A stretch of DNA of 64,000 nt from Burkholderiales bacterium (GCA_041558415.1 JBFFEY010000009.1:2648-66647), one strand, 5' to 3'; numbered from the stretch's first letter, positions 28,017 through 37,646 are shown. The notes: generated by a model from the sequence alone, not told the origin. Translations and numbers: made by a program.

Positions 28017-28742
28017 TCACAGGCCCCGGTAGCGCACGCCGGTGTCGAGCGCGAGGTCGGCGCGCAGCTGCGACGAGGCCGCGCGCGCGAGCGCGCGGCG
28101 CAGCGCGCCCGAGGCGTCCTCGAGGTCGCCGAACAGCATCGCCTTGCCGCCGTCGCGGCCGCAGGCCTCGACGCAGGCCGGCGTCTCGTCCCGGTCGACG
28201 CGATGCACGCACAGCGTGCACGACTCGACCGTGCCCTTGCCGCGCGGCACGTCGGGTTTCTGCCCGCTCACCGCCTCGTGGATGAACGAGCGCGCGCCGA
28301 ACGGGCAGGCCATGACGCAGTAGCGGCAGCCGATGCAGGTGTGCTTGTCGACCAGCACGATGCCGTCGGCGCGCTTGAACGAGGCGCCGGTCGGGCAGAC
28401 GTCGACGCAGGGCGGGTGCGCACAGTGCTGGCACATGAGCGGCAGCGTCTGCACGAACCCGCTGTGCCGGTCGCGCAGCTCGACCTTGCGGATCCAGTGC
28501 GCGTCGATTTCGGGGCGGCCGCTGCCGCGCACGCCGTTTTCCTCGTGGCAGGCGCTAACGCAGGCGTCGCAGTCCGAGCACTTCGTGACGTCGATCAGCA
28601 GGCCCCAGCGCCTGAGCGCCGAGGCGGTTTCCTGCGGCGAGCGCGCGCGCGCGAGCTCGACCAGGCTCAGCCCGGGCGCGATCGACAACGCGGCCGCGGC
28701 GGCCGCGCCCCAGCCGAGCACCCGCCGCCGTTCCGGATTCAT
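28017..28742 (-). CDS. dsrO: Periplasmic 4Fe-4S ferredoxin-like subunit DsrO
   Basis: 241 aa from MNPERRRVLGWGAAAAAAL (Tat signal). CSDCDACVSAC, CQHCAHPPCVDVCP, CIGCRYCVMACP. ATGA overlap with the dsrJ stop. Confidence 0.9.
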   Translation of the reverse strand: MNPERRRVLGWGAAAAAALSIAPGLSLVELARARSPQETASALRRWGLLIDVTKCSDCDACVSACHEENGVRGSGRPEIDAHWIRKVELRDRHSGFVQTLPLMCQHCAHPPCVDVCPTGASFKRADGIVLVDKHTCIGCRYCVMACPFGARSFIHEAVSGQKPDVPRGKGTVESCTLCVHRVDRDETPACVEACGRDGGKAMLFGDLEDASGALRRALARAASSQLRADLALDTGVRYRGL

Positions 28743-29116
28743 CGCGCGCTCCCGCGCGCGGCCGGCTGCCGCAGCGGCGTATGGCACTCGAAGCAGTCGA
28801 TCTTCACTGCCGCGTAGGCATGACAGCTCGCGCAGAAGCCTTTCTCGCCGAGCACGCTGCCGGAGTCGCGGCCGGCGTGGCACTCGACGCACTGCTTCAG
28901 GCTGAAGCGCGGATCGCGGAAGCCCTCGCGCATGGTGCGGTCGCGCTGATGCAGCAGGTACTTCATGTGATTGCGCCGCATCTCGTCGGTCGGCGCGACG
29001 CAGGCCTCGCCCTGCGCCGCCGCCACCCCGGGCGCGGCTGCGCGCCGCTCGCCGGCGACCGCGGCGGCGACCGCCAGCGCGGCGACGAGCACTGCGGTTA
29101 CGATGCGCGCGCTCAT
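28739..29116 (-). CDS. dsrJ: Triheme cytochrome c DsrJ
   Basis: 125 aa, signal peptide, three CxxCH motifs (CVECH, CASCH, CFECH). Confidence 0.9.
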   Translation of the reverse strand: MSARIVTAVLVAALAVAAAVAGERRAAAPGVAAAQGEACVAPTDEMRRNHMKYLLHQRDRTMREGFRDPRFSLKQCVECHAGRDSGSVLGEKGFCASCHAYAAVKIDCFECHTPLRQPAARGSAR

Positions 29117-29129
29117 CCGGCCCGGCCGT

Positions 29130-31133
29130 TCAGTGGTCGCCCATGCCCATCTTGATGTAGCCGGTCGGGCAGACGTCGGCGCAGATGTGGCAGCCGATGC
29201 ACAGGTCGTAGTCGGTGTAGACGTAGCGACCCATGGTCGCTTCCGACTTCGGCGTGCGCTTGACCGCGGTCTGCGGGCAGTAGATCACGCAGTTGTCGCA
29301 CTCGAAGCACATGCCGCAACTCATGCAGCGCTTGGCTTCGGCGACCGCCTGCTGGTCGCTCAGGCCGACCATGCGCTCCTCGAAGTGGCCCAGCACCTCC
29401 TCGGCATTCGGGCCGACCTCGCTGCGTTTGATGCGCTCCTGATACGGGAAGTGGCCGAGGAACAGCTCGCCCGACAGGCATACCTCGGCAGCACTGCGGT
29501 CCTCGTAGTTGTGTATGGCGTAGCCGCCGACCGCCTTGCCGGCGAGCGAGGTGCCGCGCAGCCCCTGGTCGATCGGGCGCGGCCCGTTCGCCTCCGAAGC
29601 CTCGAACTTCGCAGGCTCGAGCTGCGCCTCGCGCAGCTTGTCGAGCAGGTTGAAGTGATGCACGTCGACCTTCGGCCGCTTTGCCGGCTCCTGCTTCGCG
29701 AGGTAGCGGTCGATGGTGTCCGCGGCAATCGAACCCTGGCCAATCACCGTGGTGAGCAGGTGCGGCCGGATGATGTCGCCGCAGGCGAACAGGCCGGGGC
29801 GGTTGGGCACCTGGTAGAAACGGTCCGCGGCGATCAGCCCCTTGCCGTTGTCCAGTTCCTCCATGCCGGCAAGGTCGCCCGCCTGGCCGATCGCCGAGAC
29901 GATGAGGTCGGCCTCGAGGTCCATCTCGGTGCCCGGCTTCTCGACCGGCTTGCCCTTGATCCACTCGACCTGGACCAGGCGCAGCGCCACCGCGCGCCCG
30001 CTCTTCTCGTCGAGGAGCACCTTGGTGGGCAGCAGGTTGGGTAGAATTTTCACGCCCTCGCGCTGCGCATCCTCGATTTCGTGCTTGGCCGCGTTCATCT
30101 CCTCGAGCGGCTGCATCGAGGTGAGCGTCACGTCGGCGCCCTGGCGCGCCGCGAGCGTCGAGACGTCGTGCGCGGTATGGCCCATGACGACGAACTCCGG
30201 CCGCTCGGTCTCCTTCACGTTCTCGACATAGCCGAGCCGCCGCGCCACCGAGACCACGTCGACCGACGTGTCGCCGCCGCCGACCACCACCACGCGGCCG
30301 GCGACCGTCTTCAGGCGGCCCTGGTTGTAGGCCTCCAGGAAGGCGACGCCGCTGATGCAGTTCGGCGCGTCCGCACCGGGGACCGGCAAGGCCCGCCCGG
30401 CCTTGCAGCCGATGGCGATGAGCACCGCGTCGTACTGCGCTTCCAGGTCCTTGAGCGCGACGTCGCGCCCGACGCGCGTGCCCGGCTTCACCTCGACGCC
30501 CATCGCGATGATGCGGTTGATCTCGCCATCGAGATGCGTGCGCGGCAGCCGGTAGCCCGGCACGCCGTACTTCGCCATGCCACCGAGCTCGGCGTGGTCA
30601 TCGAACACGGTGACCGCGTGCCCTTTGCGACGCAGCTGATAGGCGGCCGAGAGCCCGGCCGGCCCGCCGCCGATGACCGCCACCCGCTTGCCGGTGTCGG
30701 GACCCGCCTCGAAGGCGTAGCCCTGGGCGAGCGCGTAGTCGCCGATGTACTGCTCGACCGCGTTGATGCCGACGGTGTCCTCGACCTTGTTGCGGTTGCA
30801 GCCGGTCTGGCAGGGTGCGGGGCACACGCGCCCCATCATCGACGGGAAGGGGTTGGCGTCGGTGGAGCGGCGGAAGGCGTACTCCTGCATCACCGTGCCC
30901 TTGGGCGGCTTCTCGACGCCGCGCACGATGTTGAGCCAGCCGCGGATGTCCTCGCCCGAGGGGCAGCTCGCCTGGCAGGGCGGCGTCTTGTGCACGTAGG
31001 TCGGGCACTTGTCGGTCTCGTCGCCCGCGAAGATCCGCTCTTGGTAGGAGCGCCACTGGCTGTCCCCGTCCTTGAAGCGACGGAAGGTGTGTCCGGTTTT
31101 CGCCTCGGACTTGGCGGGGGGTGAGGATGACAT
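29130..31133 (-). CDS. dsrL: NAD(P)H:acceptor oxidoreductase DsrL (GltD-like flavoprotein with ferredoxin domains)
   Basis: 667 aa, CQASCP, VAVIGGGPAGLSAAYQL, C-terminal CMSCGMCFECDNC..CIGCHICADVCP. Confidence 0.9.
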   Translation of the reverse strand: MSSSPPAKSEAKTGHTFRRFKDGDSQWRSYQERIFAGDETDKCPTYVHKTPPCQASCPSGEDIRGWLNIVRGVEKPPKGTVMQEYAFRRSTDANPFPSMMGRVCPAPCQTGCNRNKVEDTVGINAVEQYIGDYALAQGYAFEAGPDTGKRVAVIGGGPAGLSAAYQLRRKGHAVTVFDDHAELGGMAKYGVPGYRLPRTHLDGEINRIIAMGVEVKPGTRVGRDVALKDLEAQYDAVLIAIGCKAGRALPVPGADAPNCISGVAFLEAYNQGRLKTVAGRVVVVGGGDTSVDVVSVARRLGYVENVKETERPEFVVMGHTAHDVSTLAARQGADVTLTSMQPLEEMNAAKHEIEDAQREGVKILPNLLPTKVLLDEKSGRAVALRLVQVEWIKGKPVEKPGTEMDLEADLIVSAIGQAGDLAGMEELDNGKGLIAADRFYQVPNRPGLFACGDIIRPHLLTTVIGQGSIAADTIDRYLAKQEPAKRPKVDVHHFNLLDKLREAQLEPAKFEASEANGPRPIDQGLRGTSLAGKAVGGYAIHNYEDRSAAEVCLSGELFLGHFPYQERIKRSEVGPNAEEVLGHFEERMVGLSDQQAVAEAKRCMSCGMCFECDNCVIYCPQTAVKRTPKSEATMGRYVYTDYDLCIGCHICADVCPTGYIKMGMGDH

Positions 31134-31154
31134 GCCTGGCTCCGTGATTTCCGA

Positions 31155-32648
31155 TCAGTTCTTTGGCCCGAGCACGATCGCGTTGCTGACCAGACCGTGC
31201 ACGCTGCCGATCATGTCCATCGGGTGCTTGTAGTAGGGCAAAACCTTGGTGAACTGGCTCTTGCAGATGGCGCAGATGGCGGCGAGGTAGTTCACGCCGT
31301 CCTCGTCGACCACGCTCTGCAATGCCTGCATGCGCGGCAGCGCACCTTTCACGCGCAATTCGACCAGGTCGTCCGTGAGCAGCCCGCCGCCGCCGCCGCA
31401 GCAAAACGTGGTCTCGCCGATGGTCTCGGGCGGCATGTCGACGAACTTGTTGACGCAGGCGCGGATCACCTCGCGCGGGATGGTGAACTGCCCGCCCGGC
31501 ACGCCGCCCATGCGCGAGCCGCGCGCGACGTTGCAGGAATCATGGAAGGTCACCACCTTGTCGTCGTTCGCGCTCTTGTCGAGCGTGATCGCGCCGCGCT
31601 GAATCAGGTCCCAGGTCACTTCGCAGATGTGCTGCGGCGCCGGATAACGCGGGTCGAGGAAGTCGAACGGTCCGATCAGTGTGTTCCAGAAGCTGTAGGC
31701 GACGCGCCAGGCGTGCCCGCATTCGCCCACCACGATGCGCTTGACGCCCAGCTCGAGCGCGGCCTCGCGGATGCGCGCAGCGACCCGGTGCAGGTTGTCG
31801 TGGCTGCCGATGAAGAGCGAGAAGTTCGCCGCCTCCGAGGCATGCGACGAGAGCGTCCAGGAGATGCCGGCGGCGTGGAAGACCTTGGCGTAGCCGATCA
31901 GGCCGTCGATGTGCGGCTCGGCGAAGAAGTCGGCGCTCGGCGTGATCAGCAGCACCTCGGCGCCCTTCTCGTCGAGCGGGAAGCGCACGTCGACGCCGGT
32001 GTCCTCCTTGACGTCCTCTTCCAGCCCCTCGAGCGTGTCGCGCAGCGCGGGCTCCGGCAGGCCGAGGTTGTTGCCGATCTTGTGCACCTTGCCGATGATC
32101 TCGTTGGAGTACTTCTGGCCGAGCCCGACCACGTCCATGATCTCGCGCGCCGCCATCGAGATCTCCGCGGTGTCGATGCCGTAGGGGCAGAACACCGAGC
32201 AGCGTCGGCACTGCGAGCACTGGTGGTAGTAGGCGTACCACTCGTCGAGCACGTCCTTGGTCATGTCGCGTGCGCCAACGAGCTTGGGGAAGTACTTTCC
32301 GGCCAGGGTGTAGTAGCGACGGTAGACCGAGCGCAGCAGGTCCTGGCGCGCGACCGGCATGTTCTTCGGGTCGCCCGTGCCCAGGTAGTAGTGGCATTTG
32401 TCGGTGCAGGCGCCGCACTTCACGCAGGCGTCGAGGAACACGCGCAGCGCGCGCGATTCCGAGACCAGCTCGCCCAGCTTGGTCACCGCGACCTTTTCCC
32501 AGTCGGGCACCAGCGCGCCCGGAAAGCCGATGCCCTGCTGGTGCTCGGCCTTGGCGACGAAGGGCTTCGAATGCGCCATCGTGCCCTCGCGTACGAGGGG
32601 AATGACGGGATACTCGCCGATGGCCGGCGTCTCGAATTTCTCGGCCAT
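31155..32648 (-). CDS. dsrK: HdrD-like iron-sulfur subunit DsrK
   Basis: 497 aa from MAEKFETPAIG (cat 32646-32648). CVKCGACTDKC, CSQCRRCSVFCP, CCG domains (FHDSC, FCCGGGGG). Confidence 0.9.
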   Translation of the reverse strand: MAEKFETPAIGEYPVIPLVREGTMAHSKPFVAKAEHQQGIGFPGALVPDWEKVAVTKLGELVSESRALRVFLDACVKCGACTDKCHYYLGTGDPKNMPVARQDLLRSVYRRYYTLAGKYFPKLVGARDMTKDVLDEWYAYYHQCSQCRRCSVFCPYGIDTAEISMAAREIMDVVGLGQKYSNEIIGKVHKIGNNLGLPEPALRDTLEGLEEDVKEDTGVDVRFPLDEKGAEVLLITPSADFFAEPHIDGLIGYAKVFHAAGISWTLSSHASEAANFSLFIGSHDNLHRVAARIREAALELGVKRIVVGECGHAWRVAYSFWNTLIGPFDFLDPRYPAPQHICEVTWDLIQRGAITLDKSANDDKVVTFHDSCNVARGSRMGGVPGGQFTIPREVIRACVNKFVDMPPETIGETTFCCGGGGGLLTDDLVELRVKGALPRMQALQSVVDEDGVNYLAAICAICKSQFTKVLPYYKHPMDMIGSVHGLVSNAIVLGPKN

Positions 32649-33397
32649 CAGCGGGTCCGCGCGGCGTCGGGCTGTGCCAGGCGCGCCGACCAGCCGGCCG
32701 TATGGCGCGTCTCGCGCGCGTCGTCCGCCTGGTTCAGGCTCGGGCTGAAGAACACGCCCGGCGCGTGCAGCAGCTTCGAGATTGGAAACACGATCATCAG
32801 CAACGCGACCAGCGCGAGGTGCACCAGCAGCAGCGGATCGCTCGGAATCGGCTCCCAGGAAAACGTCATGAGGCCGATGAAGAAGGCCTTCAATGCCGCG
32901 ATGTCCGTATGCGCGACGTACTTCATGGCGAGGCCGCTCGCCGCAATCGCGGCGAGCAGGGCGAGCATCAGGTGGTCCGACGGCGCGCTGACGTAGCGCA
33001 CCCGGTCGACGAGCACGCGCCGCGCCCAGAGGCCGGCCAGACCGGCGGCAAGCGCGAAGGCCGCGTACAGGCCGAAGGGCTGCACCCACTCGACCCAGAA
33101 CCACACCGGCTCGGTGAAGTAGCGCAGGTGCCGCGCCAGCACCAGCGCCAGCGCGACATGAAACATCCAGCCGAAGAGCCAGATCCACTTGTTCGAGCGG
33201 AACAGGCTCCTGAAGAGCGTCACCTCCAGCAGCATGCGCAGCACGACGCCGCCGCGCGTGGTCGGCGCGGGCGGAATCGGGATCTTCAGCGGCTGCGGCG
33301 TGCGCGCGTAGCGCAGGCAGCGCGCCGCCACGCCGACGACGAGGATGGCCGTGGCGGCGTAGAACAGCAGCGCGTAGAAAATGCTCAGCGCGGACAA
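32648..33397 (-). CDS. dsrM: NarI-like diheme cytochrome b membrane subunit DsrM
   Basis: 249 aa, five predicted TM helices with conserved His residues. Confidence 0.9.
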   Translation of the reverse strand: MSALSIFYALLFYAATAILVVGVAARCLRYARTPQPLKIPIPPAPTTRGGVVLRMLLEVTLFRSLFRSNKWIWLFGWMFHVALALVLARHLRYFTEPVWFWVEWVQPFGLYAAFALAAGLAGLWARRVLVDRVRYVSAPSDHLMLALLAAIAASGLAMKYVAHTDIAALKAFFIGLMTFSWEPIPSDPLLLVHLALVALLMIVFPISKLLHAPGVFFSPSLNQADDARETRHTAGWSARLAQPDAARTR

Positions 33398-33428
33398 GGG
33401 TCCGCTCCGGCCGCTGGCGCAGCGCCGA

Positions 33429-33761
33429 TCAGACGCAACCGGTGGGCTTGGGCAGGCCCGCGTACTTGCAGGCCTGCTTTGCCGGCCCGTAGGGATACAG
33501 CTCGTACAGGTACTTGCTGTTGCCCTTGTCAGGTCCGAGTTTCTTGCCGATCGCCTTGGTCAGCACGCGAACCGCCGGCGCGATCTGGTATTCGTCGTAG
33601 TACTCGCGCAGGAAGTTGATGACCTCCCAGTGGGCGTCGGTCAGATCGCAGTTGTCGATGCGCGCCATTTCCTTGGCCACGTCCTCCGACCAGTCGCCGC
33701 GATCTGCGAGATAGCCCTCCTCGTCGGTTTCCAGCGTCTTGCCGTTCACTTCGATGCTCAT
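33429..33761 (-). CDS. dsrC: DsrC, canonical form with both C-terminal-arm cysteines
   Basis: 110 aa ending PAKQACKYAGLPKPTGCV (Cys at -11 and at the penultimate position). Confidence 0.95.
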   Translation of the reverse strand: MSIEVNGKTLETDEEGYLADRGDWSEDVAKEMARIDNCDLTDAHWEVINFLREYYDEYQIAPAVRVLTKAIGKKLGPDKGNSKYLYELYPYGPAKQACKYAGLPKPTGCV

Positions 33762-33780
33762 GTCGTGTCTCTCCTTTAAG

Positions 33781-34080
33781 TCAAAGCCATGACTGCACGG
33801 CGTTGTGCTCGACCACCAGATCCACGAAGCCGCCGTAGTCCACGAGCCGAACGCCGTCCATCACCCGGTTCTGCATGCCGCGCGCCTCGACATCGGCCTT
33901 GAGAGCGTAGACCGAGACCCGCTGCATCGCATCCTGCAACTGCTGCGCCAGCGCCGTGTCGCGCGCCGCGGCGTACACGCCGTCCTCGATCAGCAGCACC
34001 GCACTGCCCGGCCGCGCGTAGCGCAGGCAGCTGGCGAGCACGTTGTGCTCGAACGGGGATTTATTGACCGTATGCAGCAT
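33781..34080 (-). CDS. dsrH: Sulfurtransferase complex subunit DsrH
   Basis: 99 aa, MLHTVNKSPF..LASCLRY. Confidence 0.9.
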   Translation of the reverse strand: MLHTVNKSPFEHNVLASCLRYARPGSAVLLIEDGVYAAARDTALAQQLQDAMQRVSVYALKADVEARGMQNRVMDGVRLVDYGGFVDLVVEHNAVQSWL

Positions 34081-34089
34081 GCCTGCACC

Positions 34090-34473
34090 TCAGAAGCTCA
34101 GTACGACGTCCTGGTTTTCCATGATCTCGGCCATGCGCTCGGCGCTGACCAGCTGCACCGGCACCATGAGATCGGCCTCGCTGAGCCCGCGCGCGCGCAG
34201 CGCATCCTCGTCGACGTAGAGCTTGTTCACGTCGTAGTCGTCGAGCGCGCGGAAGGCTGGCGAGAAATTCTTCACTGCCAGTGCCTTGGTGTCCTGCCCT
34301 TTGACGAGCTGGTAGACGCCGTCGCCGACGAAGGCGAGGCTCACGTCCTGCTCGAACGCGGCGCCGATCAGCACCACTTCGAGCGACTCGTGCGCGTAGA
34401 TCGTCCCGTGCGGCGCCTTTCGGTTCACGTAGAGGAAGCGCTTGACCTCGCTGCCTGCGTGTTCTTCGGACAT
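34090..34473 (-). CDS. dsrF: Sulfurtransferase complex subunit DsrF
   Basis: 127 aa, FLYVNRKAPHGTIYAHESLEVVL. Confidence 0.9.
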   Translation of the reverse strand: MSEEHAGSEVKRFLYVNRKAPHGTIYAHESLEVVLIGAAFEQDVSLAFVGDGVYQLVKGQDTKALAVKNFSPAFRALDDYDVNKLYVDEDALRARGLSEADLMVPVQLVSAERMAEIMENQDVVLSF

Positions 34474-34492
34474 CGTTCTTTCCCCGTTGCGC

Positions 34493-34885
34493 TCAGTCGC
34501 CGAACACCACGAGGCGATCGGACTGGATGCCGGCCTCGATCAGCTGTCCGAGCCCCGAGATGCGGAAGCCCGGCGCGATGTTGTCGGCATCCTTGCCGTG
34601 GCGCTTGGCTTCCCCCGGATCCATCACGCCGCGGCGCTGCGCCGCGGCGATGCACACGACCAGGTCGAGCGCGTGCTTCTCCGCCAGCTCGCTCCAGCGC
34701 TTGACGATGTTGCGGTCGTCCTGCGGCGGCACCGTCAGGCGCGTGCCGTTGTTGACGCCGTCGTGATAGAAGAACACGCGGAAGATCTCGTGCCCCTTGT
34801 CGAGCGCCGCCTTGACGAAGTGGTAGGCCGTGTCCGAGGCCTGGTGCGTGTAGGGCCCCTCGTTCACCAAGATGCCGAGCTTCAT
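34493..34885 (-). CDS. dsrE: Sulfurtransferase complex subunit DsrE
   Basis: 130 aa, MKLGILVNEGPYTHQAS..LVVCIAAAQRRG (active-site Cys). Confidence 0.9.
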   Translation of the reverse strand: MKLGILVNEGPYTHQASDTAYHFVKAALDKGHEIFRVFFYHDGVNNGTRLTVPPQDDRNIVKRWSELAEKHALDLVVCIAAAQRRGVMDPGEAKRHGKDADNIAPGFRISGLGQLIEAGIQSDRLVVFGD

Positions 34886-34898
34886 CGCCGCGCGAGCC

Positions 34899-35993
34899 TC
34901 AGAAGCGGATGTGCGTCGACGCGTTTAGGCTGTTGCGCGCGCCGCGCCAGTTGTCGATATGGAACTTGGTGAACGGCAGCCCGGTCATCTCGAAGAAGCG
35001 CGGCCAGCCGATGCGCTCCACCCAGTCGCCGACGCGCTCCCAGTCGCGCGCGTCCTTCTTGTAGGTGTAGAGGATCTTCTTCACCACCTCGGCGACCTCG
35101 GGCCATCGCGGCGGATTGTTCGGCAGGCCCGCCGCCACCAGCTTCTGGAACATCGGCTTGGAGCGTGCATTCGAGTTCTTGCCGCCCACCCAGATCGCGA
35201 GCTTGGAGTGCTCGGGATCGTTGATCTGCATCGGCGGGCAGGGCGGGTAGCAGGCGCCGCAGCAGATGCACTTCTTCTCGTCGACCTCGAGCGAAGGCTT
35301 GCCGTTCACCATCGCCGGGCGGATCGCCGCCACCGGGCAGCGCGCCACCACCGAGGGCCGCTCGCACACGTTCGCCACCAGGTCGTGGTTGATCTTCGGC
35401 GGCTTGGTGTGCTGCACGTTGATCGCGATGTCGCCCTGGCCGCCGCAGTTGATCTGGCAGCACGATGTCGTGATGTGCACGCGGTTGGGCATTTCCTCCT
35501 TGATGAACTCCTCGTAGAGCTCGTCCATCAGGGACTTCACCACGCCCGAGGCGTCGGTGCCGGGAATGTCGCAGTGCAGCCAGCCCTGCGTGTGCGAGAT
35601 CATGGTCACCGAGTTGCCAGTGCCGCCGACCGGATAGCCCGCGTCGTTGAACGCCTGAATGAGCGGCTCGACCTTGTCCCAGCTCGACACCATGACCTCG
35701 AGGTTCGAGCGGATGGTGAAGCGCACGTAGCCCTCGCCGTACTTGTCGACGATGTCGCACAGCAGGTTGATCTCGTAGGGCCCGAGCTGGCGCTGCGTGC
35801 CGACGCGCACGGTCCAGATCTCGTCGCCCGAGTAGGCGACGTGGTGCAGCACGCCCGGCCGCGGCCGGTCGTGGTACTTCCAGTTGCCGAAATTCTTCAA
35901 CATGAGCGGGTGCATGTACTGCATGCCGTCCGGGCAGCCGCTCTCGATCGGCGGACGCATCTGCTTCTTTTCCGCCGCCTGTGCCTGTGCCAT
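34899..35993 (-). CDS. dsrB: Reverse-type dissimilatory sulfite reductase beta subunit
   Basis: 364 aa, siroheme/FeS motifs TTSCCQINCGGQGD, CICCGACYPPCP. Confidence 0.95.
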   Translation of the reverse strand: MAQAQAAEKKQMRPPIESGCPDGMQYMHPLMLKNFGNWKYHDRPRPGVLHHVAYSGDEIWTVRVGTQRQLGPYEINLLCDIVDKYGEGYVRFTIRSNLEVMVSSWDKVEPLIQAFNDAGYPVGGTGNSVTMISHTQGWLHCDIPGTDASGVVKSLMDELYEEFIKEEMPNRVHITTSCCQINCGGQGDIAINVQHTKPPKINHDLVANVCERPSVVARCPVAAIRPAMVNGKPSLEVDEKKCICCGACYPPCPPMQINDPEHSKLAIWVGGKNSNARSKPMFQKLVAAGLPNNPPRWPEVAEVVKKILYTYKKDARDWERVGDWVERIGWPRFFEMTGLPFTKFHIDNWRGARNSLNASTHIRF

Positions 35994-36057
35994 CGCCTGC
36001 TCCTCCGTCTACGCCGCAGCCCGCCTCAGGCGGCCTGCTGGCCTTGCGCGGCGCGCC

Positions 36058-37356
36058 TCATGCCGCCTTGTCCTGGTGACGCTCGACCCACTTCTGCGCC
36101 TCCTTGTCCCAGTCATCGAGCCGCACGTACGAGCTGGTGCGCGGATGGGTGATCATGTTCGGGTCGACCTCGATGCCGATGCCCTCGAGGAAGGCGGCGA
36201 GCCCGATGCGCTCGATCATCTCGCCGCAGCGCTCGTGTTCGAGACCGTTCTCGGCCCAGAAGTCGATCACCGTGGCGGAAAGCTCGCGCAGCTTTTCGAA
36301 GTCCTCGTCGCCCTCCAGCTTCATGAACGGCACGATGACCGTGCCCATGGTGTCGCCGATCTTGAGCGTGCGCTTGCCGCCGATCAGCACCGTGACGCCC
36401 TTGTCGTCGCCAGGCTTGAGCGCCTTGGTCATGACGTTGATGCAGTGCATGCAGCGCACGCAGCTCTTGTTGTCGACGTCCAGCGTGTCATCGTCGTTCA
36501 GCGAGAGCGCCTGGGTCGGGCAGCGTGCGATCACGTTGTCGATGGTGTACTTGCGGCTGTGGCTGTCGATGTAGGCCTTGACCTCCTTCTGGTCGACCTT
36601 CATGTCGTCGCGCCAGGTGCCGATCACCGCGAAGTCCGCGCGCTGGATCGAGTTCATGCAGTCGTTCGGACAGCCCGAGACCTTGAACTTGAACTTGTAG
36701 GGCAGCGCCGGCCGGTGCATGTCGTCGATGAAGTTGTTGACCAGCGTGCGGTGGATGCGGTGCTCGTTGGTGCAGGACTGCTCGCAGCGCGCCGCACCGA
36801 CGCAGGACATCGCGGTGCGCACGCAGGGACCTGCACCGCCGAGGTCGAAACCGTACTCGTTGATCTCGTCGAAGAAGTGCTGCGTGTTCTCGGTGCTGGC
36901 ACCGATGAACATGATGTTGCCGGTCTGGCCGTGGAAGGCGATCAGCCCCGAGCCCCACTTGCTCCAGGAGTTCGACAGCTGGCGCAGCATCTTCGTCGTG
37001 TAGTGGTTGCCCGCCGGCGGCTGCACGCGCAGCGTGTGGAATTCCTTCGACTCCGGGAACAGGCTCGCGACTTCGGAAAAGCGCGGAATGATGCCGCCGC
37101 CGTAGCCGAACACCGAAACCGTGCCGCCCTTCCAGTAGCCGAGCCGCGTCTTGTACGAGTGCTCGAGCTGGCCGAGCAGGTCGACCATCATGTTGTTCTC
37201 GTGCGCGAGGCGCTTGAGGCCCGTGACGAAGCTCGGCCACGGCCCGCTCTCGAGCTGATCGAGCATGGGCGTGGCATGAAACGGCTTGCTGGACTTCTTC
37301 TCTTTCGGCAGGTAGCTGCTGTGCCGGGTCGGGTCCTTCGGCGGCGTCTGCGGCAT
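36058..37356 (-). CDS. dsrA: Reverse-type dissimilatory sulfite reductase alpha subunit
   Basis: 432 aa from ATG 37356 (GAGGAGG 5 nt upstream; the ORF track start at 37422 is probably too long). GPWPSFVTG, CVGAARCEQSC, VSGCPNDC, CVRCMHCINV. Confidence 0.93.
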   Translation of the reverse strand: MPQTPPKDPTRHSSYLPKEKKSSKPFHATPMLDQLESGPWPSFVTGLKRLAHENNMMVDLLGQLEHSYKTRLGYWKGGTVSVFGYGGGIIPRFSEVASLFPESKEFHTLRVQPPAGNHYTTKMLRQLSNSWSKWGSGLIAFHGQTGNIMFIGASTENTQHFFDEINEYGFDLGGAGPCVRTAMSCVGAARCEQSCTNEHRIHRTLVNNFIDDMHRPALPYKFKFKVSGCPNDCMNSIQRADFAVIGTWRDDMKVDQKEVKAYIDSHSRKYTIDNVIARCPTQALSLNDDDTLDVDNKSCVRCMHCINVMTKALKPGDDKGVTVLIGGKRTLKIGDTMGTVIVPFMKLEGDEDFEKLRELSATVIDFWAENGLEHERCGEMIERIGLAAFLEGIGIEVDPNMITHPRTSSYVRLDDWDKEAQKWVERHQDKAA

Positions 37357-37453
37357 GGGTGCCTCCTCGACGATGTGCGCGACGGTGAAGCTGGAGTTTA
37401 GCCACGCACCGCGCACGGGCATCAGTGATCTTATGGGGTAGCTCGCGAACCGC

Positions 37454-37481
37454 CGCGCCTATCCCTTTGGAGATAGGCGCG
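37454..37481. promoter_or_regulatory. GC-rich stem-loop/inverted repeat in the dsrA / TauD-like divergent intergenic region
   Basis: cgcgcctatc-cctttgga-gataggcgcg: 10-bp perfect stem with an 8-nt loop, about 100-125 nt upstream of the dsrA ATG. Confidence 0.4.
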
Positions 37482-37548
37482 CCGGGAAGATCCTGAATTC
37501 TGTCTTTCGTTCAGAGGGTTGCGCCCCTCCAATCACTGTTGTCGGGTC

Positions 37549-37564
37549 CTGATGGCACCATCAG
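37549..37564. promoter_or_regulatory. 16-bp palindrome, candidate transcription-factor operator
   Basis: CTGATGG-CA-CCATCAG (7-2-7, perfect), about 85 nt upstream of the TauD-like GTG and about 195 nt upstream of the dsrA ATG. Confidence 0.4.
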
Positions 37565-37646
37565 TTCGTCGCACCGCAACATTCCGCGCGCGCCCGCGAT
37601 GCGGTAGTTTCGGACGCCCAGAATCGATAGCTGATCGCCGCGGCAC

